Virus record (IMG/VR): IMGVR_UViG_3300030397_000833
Location: 1 to 32,054 of that record
Strand: one strand, 5' to 3'
Length of the DNA: 32,054 bases
From: a virus
Lineage: Duplodnaviria; Caudoviricetes
Part shown: positions 26,840 through 32,054 of the stretch, piece by piece
Position numbering within the stretch: the stretch's first letter is position 1
Layout of the letters: the number at the start of each line of letters is the position of its first letter
Notes under the pieces: model-generated
What the model was told of the DNA's origin: nothing
The model's database searches: none
What the model saw: the letters and a program-made list of their open reading frames with translations, nothing else
Made by a program: the position numbers and the translations under genes

Positions 26840-28147
26840 ATGGCCAGACCAACAGACTTGCCCAGATGGGAGCCACCAGGGAGCGCAATTGCAGAGCCAC
26901 CAGAAGCCAAGAAGGATGCAGGGTGGGGACCAACTGGTGAAAAGCCACCCTTCAACTTCTTCAACTGGTTCTGGAACCTGGTTTATCTGTGGCTCCAACA
27001 CTTTGATGAAGACCTGCCACGCCAGTTTGACACCCTGAAAGACTTCATTGATGAAGATCTTCCAGTGGGCAGGACAGGCATGGTGATTGGTCGTCAGGAC
27101 CAGGCGTGGACAGAAAGCTGGACCGTGGCTCACCTGGATCCTGGAACCTATGACGGGGGGGTTGTGGACCTGGTGGCCACAGGTCAACGGGTCTATGCTT
27201 CCGTGTTTTCTTTGTCCGGGGCTCCACAGGTCAACAAGATTTACGCCCATGATCCTGTGACAGGGGCTGAACTGTGGAATGTGGACGTGACAAACAGTGG
27301 CCTTGCCAGCCAGATGGCCACAGATGGCCAGCAACTCTTTTTCACGGACGATGCCCTGTCCATCAAGGTTCTGGACAGGGATGGAGGCACACTGGCTACC
27401 ATGAACCTGGCTGGAGCTGGTTTCATTTCGGCCATGATCACAGATGGTGTCAGGCTCTATGTAGCCAGGGAAGACCCGGGGACTTCTGTCACCATTGAAG
27501 CCTATGATGCCCAGACACACTCCACCACTGTCCTTTGGACCTGGAACGGGGCCATCAATATCACAGTCAATGACCTGGCTACGGATGGAGACAGGGTGTT
27601 TCTGGCACAGCAGTATGATGGTGGTGGTGGTGATGTGGTCAAAGCTCTCCAGGCCAGCGATGGTCTGGAGCTGTTTGGTGTCAACCTGGATTCCACAGAT
27701 GCCAATGCCATCACCACAGATGGTGAATACCTGTATGTCTGCACAGAGAACGGTGTCCTGGTCACACCTCGATACACCGGGGATCCAGGTGAGAACGTGC
27801 TCAAGAATACGCAGGTGTCACAGGACATTGCTGTCAGTCCCCGCTATATGGCCACGGCCCTGGAACCTGGAAGCACACAGTCAGCCTTCAGGGTGGCTAG
27901 AAAGCGGAGTCTGATCACAGCTGATCAACAGTTGTGGCATTCTGCCGCACAAAGCAACCCTTCAAGGGCGGTGGCCCTGGACACCAGGTATGCTTTCTTT
28001 GGAGGTTTCAGGGAGTCGTTGTCAGGCAACAACAACACACTGGTGGCCATCTACTTGCCAAGCACACCAGCTGATTACCGGCAAAGCGCCAACACGGACG
28101 CAACCAGGCAATACCACAACCTGGTGGTGGTCCCTGAAACCACGTAA
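26840..28147 (+). CDS. Tail fibre/spike protein with C-terminal beta-propeller
   Basis: N-terminal baseplate-attachment motif PP-x2-KKDAGW...EKPP...FNWFWN...WL; seven repeats of the xATDGxxxY/F type. Confidence 0.7.
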   Translation: MARPTDLPRWEPPGSAIAEPPEAKKDAGWGPTGEKPPFNFFNWFWNLVYLWLQHFDEDLPRQFDTLKDFIDEDLPVGRTGMVIGRQDQAWTESWTVAHLDPGTYDGGVVDLVATGQRVYASVFSLSGAPQVNKIYAHDPVTGAELWNVDVTNSGLASQMATDGQQLFFTDDALSIKVLDRDGGTLATMNLAGAGFISAMITDGVRLYVAREDPGTSVTIEAYDAQTHSTTVLWTWNGAINITVNDLATDGDRVFLAQQYDGGGGDVVKALQASDGLELFGVNLDSTDANAITTDGEYLYVCTENGVLVTPRYTGDPGENVLKNTQVSQDIAVSPRYMATALEPGSTQSAFRVARKRSLITADQQLWHSAAQSNPSRAVALDTRYAFFGGFRESLSGNNNTLVAIYLPSTPADYRQSANTDATRQYHNLVVVPETT

Positions 28148-28162
28148 AGGGAGGACTGATCC

Positions 28163-29347
28163 ATGTCCACGGGTGGACCAACCAATCTGTCTTATGAGTT
28201 GATGAAGGAGGTGGCCATCCTGTCCAAGGGCAGGAGTCCAGCCTTTTATCCTCAACAATTCGTTTACAACCTTGGTGGAACGGCCTGGCCACAGGACCTG
28301 GTGGGTCAGAGCATCTTTGACCCGGGGGTTCCTCAAGATGGGGATACCAATCTTGGCATTGACACCAGGGATTACATCCTGGCCAAAGTCGGGATCAGGA
28401 ACCGTCTGAATTCAAGGTTGTGGGCTTCCTATTACCGGGTTGATCTGGCTGATGCAGGTGAGAACTATGGCATCAGTTGGGGTGTGGGGACTGGCTTTTC
28501 TACAGTAACAGTGCCAGGCATCACTGGTGACATTCCAGCCACCACATCAGCTGTCCTGGCTGCCCTGAATGGAGACCCCGGGTTTTCTGGTGCTGGTGGT
28601 GTGGCTGCCCCGGTTCCAGACAGGGATGACCTTCTGATCATCACGTTTCCAGTCAACACACCCACGTTTTTTGACATTGGTGCAAGTCTGGCCCCTTTCC
28701 AGTCCCTGGCCAGTGAGTCCATCTGGACGACCTGGAGGGTCTGGGGAATGCCCCTTGGTCAGACCGTCTGGCAACGGCTCCACAAGGTCCCTTCCTTTGC
28801 CAGTGCTGATGCCTTCAGTGTCGCCCTGGTCAACGTGGCTGGCTATGACAGGATTTATGTAGAGGTCATGAGGACTGAAGGTTACTGCCTGCCCTTTGTG
28901 GCGCCTGAAGTCCGGGATGACAGGAGGGACATCTTTCTTCAAGATGCTGCCGCCCTCCTTGCTTCCAGAGAGCTGTCAGTCCAGTCATTCCCAACAGTCA
29001 GTCAAGGCAACCTGGAGACCAAGGGTACAGCTCCAAACATCATGGATGCTCCAGAGTCAGCCATCTTGACGGCCCTTGGTGGCATCAAGACCGTTGGCAT
29101 GGAGTCTGTTCAAGTGGCCATCCTCCCACAGGTGGGAACCACGTTTGACATGGTCCAGAATGTCTATCACGGGGACGTTGCCTGGTATCCAATCAACAAT
29201 TCCATCCTGTCCGGACTGACCAGTTACACGGACATCACCAACATCACACCAGCTGACAGGTTCATTGCCAGGATCAGTGCTGTGGTCGGTGGTGGTAAGG
29301 TCTTCCGGGTCTATCGAGAAATTCCAGCCAGAGGAGAAGACGAGTAA
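28163..29347 (+). CDS. Putative tail-associated structural protein
   Basis: 394 aa, strong SD GGGAGG, beta-rich, between fibre genes. Confidence 0.55.
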   Translation: MSTGGPTNLSYELMKEVAILSKGRSPAFYPQQFVYNLGGTAWPQDLVGQSIFDPGVPQDGDTNLGIDTRDYILAKVGIRNRLNSRLWASYYRVDLADAGENYGISWGVGTGFSTVTVPGITGDIPATTSAVLAALNGDPGFSGAGGVAAPVPDRDDLLIITFPVNTPTFFDIGASLAPFQSLASESIWTTWRVWGMPLGQTVWQRLHKVPSFASADAFSVALVNVAGYDRIYVEVMRTEGYCLPFVAPEVRDDRRDIFLQDAAALLASRELSVQSFPTVSQGNLETKGTAPNIMDAPESAILTALGGIKTVGMESVQVAILPQVGTTFDMVQNVYHGDVAWYPINNSILSGLTSYTDITNITPADRFIARISAVVGGGKVFRVYREIPARGEDE

Positions 29348-30153
29348 TGGGCAAAGGACCGATGATTGGCATCCAGGGTCCACCCGGGGCAGCTGGCCCA
29401 CCTGGTCCAGCTGGAGTTGATGGACAGACCGTTCTGAACGGCTCAGGGGCTCCTGGAGGTGGAACGGGTCAAGATGGTGATTTCTACATAGACACGGACG
29501 TCTATGACATCTACGGCCCCAAAGCAGCGGGTGTCTGGGGTGGAGGAACAAGTCTGGTTGGTCCAGCTGGAGCTGATGGACAGACCGTTCTGAATGGCTC
29601 AGGGGCTCCTGGAGGTGGAACGGGTCAAGATGGTGATTTCTACATAGACACGGACGTCTATGACATCTACGGCCCCAAAGCCGCTGGAGTGTGGGGGGCA
29701 GGAACAAGCCTGGTTGGTCCAGCTGGAAGTGGTGGTTTGAAGACGGCCATGTTTCCAGCTGAATCCAATGGCAACAGTTCCGTTGGCAACATGCGTGACA
29801 GGGGCGTTGGTGCCACAGCCAACTTCAACTTCAACTTCTGGACCAGTGCTGACTTCACCACGCTTGCCAGTGCCACAGTCATTGGCATCCCATCAGCCGG
29901 GGCAGCCGGGGCAGCCAGAGACATTGACCTGGACTCAACCTATGGAGATGTTGGGATGTCTGTCACCCAATATGCAGAGACTGACACAGCCATCACCTAT
30001 GATCTGACAGGTACCAGTGGTCAGTTCTATGCCATGGATGTCTCGTCAGTCTTGAACAACCTTGGACCAAGTCAGTTTGGTGGCATCAACATTGACCACA
30101 ACAGTGTTGGTGGAACCATCGAATATCTGGCCCTTCTTCTCAGGTGGAACTGA
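29347..30153 (+). CDS. Collagen-like short fibre protein
   Basis: Gly-X-Y run at the N-terminus, two 52-aa GSGAP...GQDGDFYIDT...YGPK...W repeats, beta-rich C-terminal domain. Confidence 0.7.
   Translation: MGKGPMIGIQGPPGAAGPPGPAGVDGQTVLNGSGAPGGGTGQDGDFYIDTDVYDIYGPKAAGVWGGGTSLVGPAGADGQTVLNGSGAPGGGTGQDGDFYIDTDVYDIYGPKAAGVWGAGTSLVGPAGSGGLKTAMFPAESNGNSSVGNMRDRGVGATANFNFNFWTSADFTTLASATVIGIPSAGAAGAARDIDLDSTYGDVGMSVTQYAETDTAITYDLTGTSGQFYAMDVSSVLNNLGPSQFGGINIDHNSVGGTIEYLALLLRWN
29404..29727 (+). repeat. 156 bp in-frame tandem duplication (2 copies plus 12 nt)
   Basis: Units start at 29404, 29560 and 29716 (GGTCCAGCTGGA); near-identical apart from a few substitutions. Confidence 0.95.
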
Positions 30154-30155
30154 TC

Positions 30156-30788
30156 ATGACTGTCTGGGTTTACAAGTTTGCTCGCAAAGAAAAAATGACA
30201 GGTGTTCTTGCCATTCCACAAGATGGCCAGCCTTCCCTGTCCCAACTGTTGAAAACCAATTTTGATGGTCGTGATTTTGTCACCTGTGCCATGCCAGCCA
30301 AGATTCCATCACCGGCTGAAATCCATGTGGTGTTCAAGGACAGTGAACTGACACCAGGTGAATTGACCACCCTCCAGACCATCTACAACACCAGCTGGCA
30401 ACCCTTCTCCCTGGACCTTTACAAGCTCTCCTTGATGGTGGAGATGGAGCGACATTGCGGTTTTATAATTGAAGAGGGTCCAGGCTTTGAATATCCGCCT
30501 GCCAGTGGCCAGTTTCTTTCCACCACCAGACTTGGTCAGTTGAAATGGACCAACCTCAATGCAATCAGATCAGAACCCGGTATCACGTATCCCTTGGTTG
30601 TGAGAACCAAGGACAACAAAACACAGGTTTCTTTGGCTGATGCAGCTGCTATAAATGCAGCCTATCTGATCATGGCCAAAACTGTTATGGGTTATCTAGA
30701 GTCCCTATCCCAGGCAAAGGAAGCTGTCTGGAGTGCCCTTGATGCAGCTGGTGCCAAGGCCGCTTGTGATGCCTATCTTCAGAGCTAG
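30156..30788 (+). CDS. Tail fibre assembly-like protein (DUF4376-like C-terminus)
   Basis: GFEY...STTRLGQLKW...VRTKDN...L...; follows the fibre gene; ATG in a TGATCATG junction. Confidence 0.55.
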   Translation: MTVWVYKFARKEKMTGVLAIPQDGQPSLSQLLKTNFDGRDFVTCAMPAKIPSPAEIHVVFKDSELTPGELTTLQTIYNTSWQPFSLDLYKLSLMVEMERHCGFIIEEGPGFEYPPASGQFLSTTRLGQLKWTNLNAIRSEPGITYPLVVRTKDNKTQVSLADAAAINAAYLIMAKTVMGYLESLSQAKEAVWSALDAAGAKAACDAYLQS

Positions 30789-30848
30789 TCAGCTCTCCAT
30801 CGATCCCGTGTGACATCTGGCTGGCTCCATTTCCTGGAGGTCAGTCTC

Positions 30849-31247
30849 ATGCCCCTTGTTGCTACAAAGCAAGACATCCTGAAAACCCTGATGCAAGGGT
30901 CCAAATTGGATCCAGTAGGGGGCAGGAAGTTTCTTGGACTGGTTGTGATCAGTCTGGGTTTGTTCAGTCTGATCTGGACAGGTTCAGCTGACAAAATCCA
31001 GGCTAGTACACTCACCACCCTTCTTTCCACTTTGGAAAGTGTCTGGTGGGCTTTTGTGGGCGGTTCAGCTGCCGAACATGGAGCAAAAGCCTGGAAGTTT
31101 TCTGCAATGTCCAAGGCTGATGGTGTGGACCTGGAGGATGAACCAGGTCCAAAGAACAAGAAGCCCACCACAACCACCACCACCACCAGCTCCATCCATG
31201 AAGATGAGGAGCCAGATTCACAGGAGACTGTTCCAGATGACTTTTGA
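30849..31247 (+). CDS. Putative holin
   Basis: GGAGG SD before ATG 30849; GRKF followed by two hydrophobic segments, AFVGGSAAEH, charged/poly-Thr tail; directly upstream of the lysin-like ORF. Confidence 0.6.
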   Translation: MPLVATKQDILKTLMQGSKLDPVGGRKFLGLVVISLGLFSLIWTGSADKIQASTLTTLLSTLESVWWAFVGGSAAEHGAKAWKFSAMSKADGVDLEDEPGPKNKKPTTTTTTTSSIHEDEEPDSQETVPDDF

Positions 31248-32054
31248 TGTCCAGGATGCCATTGCCTACAACACCAGGTCCAAAAGGGCTGTACCACAAG
31301 CCCTCCTGGACTTTGATTCCAGGTTCAAACAGGCCTATGACACGGTTCTGTTTGCACAGGCCGTCTATGACTATCAGCGGGCTGACTTGTCCTTCAGGCT
31401 GTCAGATGATGGGAAACTTGGACAGTTGACTGGGAACGAGATGAAGGAATCAGCCATCTGGCTGACCCCTCCAGACAAGCTGTTTGATGTCCTTCATGAA
31501 CGGGTCAATACCAGTCTCCTCTTTTGTGACTTTGTGCTTCCACGTCCAGAGGCTTTGCCCCTTTGGGCTGCCCAGATGAATGCTCTTGGCTTGACCCATG
31601 TGGCTGTTGGCGTGAACAGCGTCCGGGCCATCAAGAAGACACCAGGCCATCAGGATGACCCCTGGCAAGCTCTCTACAGTGCAGAAAGGATGGCCCTGGC
31701 AGCCCACCACCTGGCCAGGTATGGCATTCACCTGGCTGCCATGCCTTGGATGTCAGCCAGCCTTCCTGTCATTGATGGCCTGATGGACTGGTTGGAAGAC
31801 GTGGTGGCAGCTTGCAAGCTCAAAGGAACACCCCTTTGGGGCTGCATCCCGGATGTGGAGGAAGACTGGAACTACGCCAACACTGACCATCAAAGGCTGG
31901 TTGCTCACTTCCAGGACCGGGCTTCAAGGCTGCCCATCAAGTGGCTTTCCACGTTCGTTTACCACGTCCACAAGAATGTCCGGGGGTTTGTGCTTGCGTG
32001 TCCAGACGGGGCCATCACACAAGTCTATGCACACCGGAACTTGAAACGTGATCA
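31237..32054 (+). CDS. Putative endolysin (PG-binding motif plus TIM-barrel hydrolase-like domain), truncated by the window end; not in the ORF track
   Basis: Hand translation from ATG 31237 (AGGAG SD) is open to the end: MTFDVQDAIAYN...FAQAVYDYQ...LSDDGKLGQLT...LLFCDF...YGIHLAAMPWMS...IPDVEEDW...TQVYAHR. Confidence 0.7.
   Translation, partial: MTFDVQDAIAYNTRSKRAVPQALLDFDSRFKQAYDTVLFAQAVYDYQRADLSFRLSDDGKLGQLTGNEMKESAIWLTPPDKLFDVLHERVNTSLLFCDFVLPRPEALPLWAAQMNALGLTHVAVGVNSVRAIKKTPGHQDDPWQALYSAERMALAAHHLARYGIHLAAMPWMSASLPVIDGLMDWLEDVVAACKLKGTPLWGCIPDVEEDWNYANTDHQRLVAHFQDRASRLPIKWLSTFVYHVHKNVRGFVLACPDGAITQVYAHRNLKRD

Noticed and set aside
29404-29727. Repeat considered as a CRISPR array or DGR template/variable pair
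   Set aside because: Copies are adjacent and in frame with no spacers; differences are not adenine-specific; no reverse transcriptase or cas gene is in the window
31166-31190. (ACC)n poly-Thr tract as a phase-variation locus
   Set aside because: It is a short in-frame triplet repeat in a low-complexity tail, so slippage would not change frame
31244-32044. Track ORFs 31244-31429, 31450-31731 and 31853-32044
   Set aside because: Superseded by the long open frame from 31237, which has an SD and a paralogue within the window
252-32054. Stop-codon reassignment, prompted by rare TAG/TAA
   Set aside because: Core genes are full length under the standard code, and TGA, TAA and TAG all end genes at sensible positions (e.g. 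TAG at 15419 and 30788)

Overview
The window is a contiguous, all-plus-strand piece of a tailed dsDNA phage genome (Caudoviricetes), with an HK97-type head and a contractile (myovirus-type) tail. In order it holds about 8 small accessory ORFs, terminase small and large subunits, portal, a MuF minor head protein, three accessory genes, prohead protease, major capsid, neck genes, sheath and tube, tail assembly chaperones with a -1 frameshift, tape measure, baseplate, three fibre-like genes, a holin, and a probable endolysin that runs off the right edge and is absent from the ORF track. I saw no integrase, tRNA, rRNA or CRISPR array, and the host cannot be assigned. The head module is the most unusual part: MuF carries a C-terminal HExxH metallopeptidase-like domain followed by a coupled small acidic ORF, the prohead protease is fused to an XRE-type helix-turn-helix, the capsid protein has an insertion of about 80 aa in the E-loop, and a diverged paralogue of the endolysin sits among the head genes. 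At DNA level there is strong enrichment of palindromes (CCAGCTGG, CAGCTG, TGATCA, TGGCCA), depletion of CpG and TpA, a recurrent TGATCATG stop/start motif, and a GATC-dense palindrome between the sheath and tube genes. The first 16 nt match a random-amplification primer and are probably an artefact. All family assignments come from motif recognition by eye and from synteny; no database searches were run.
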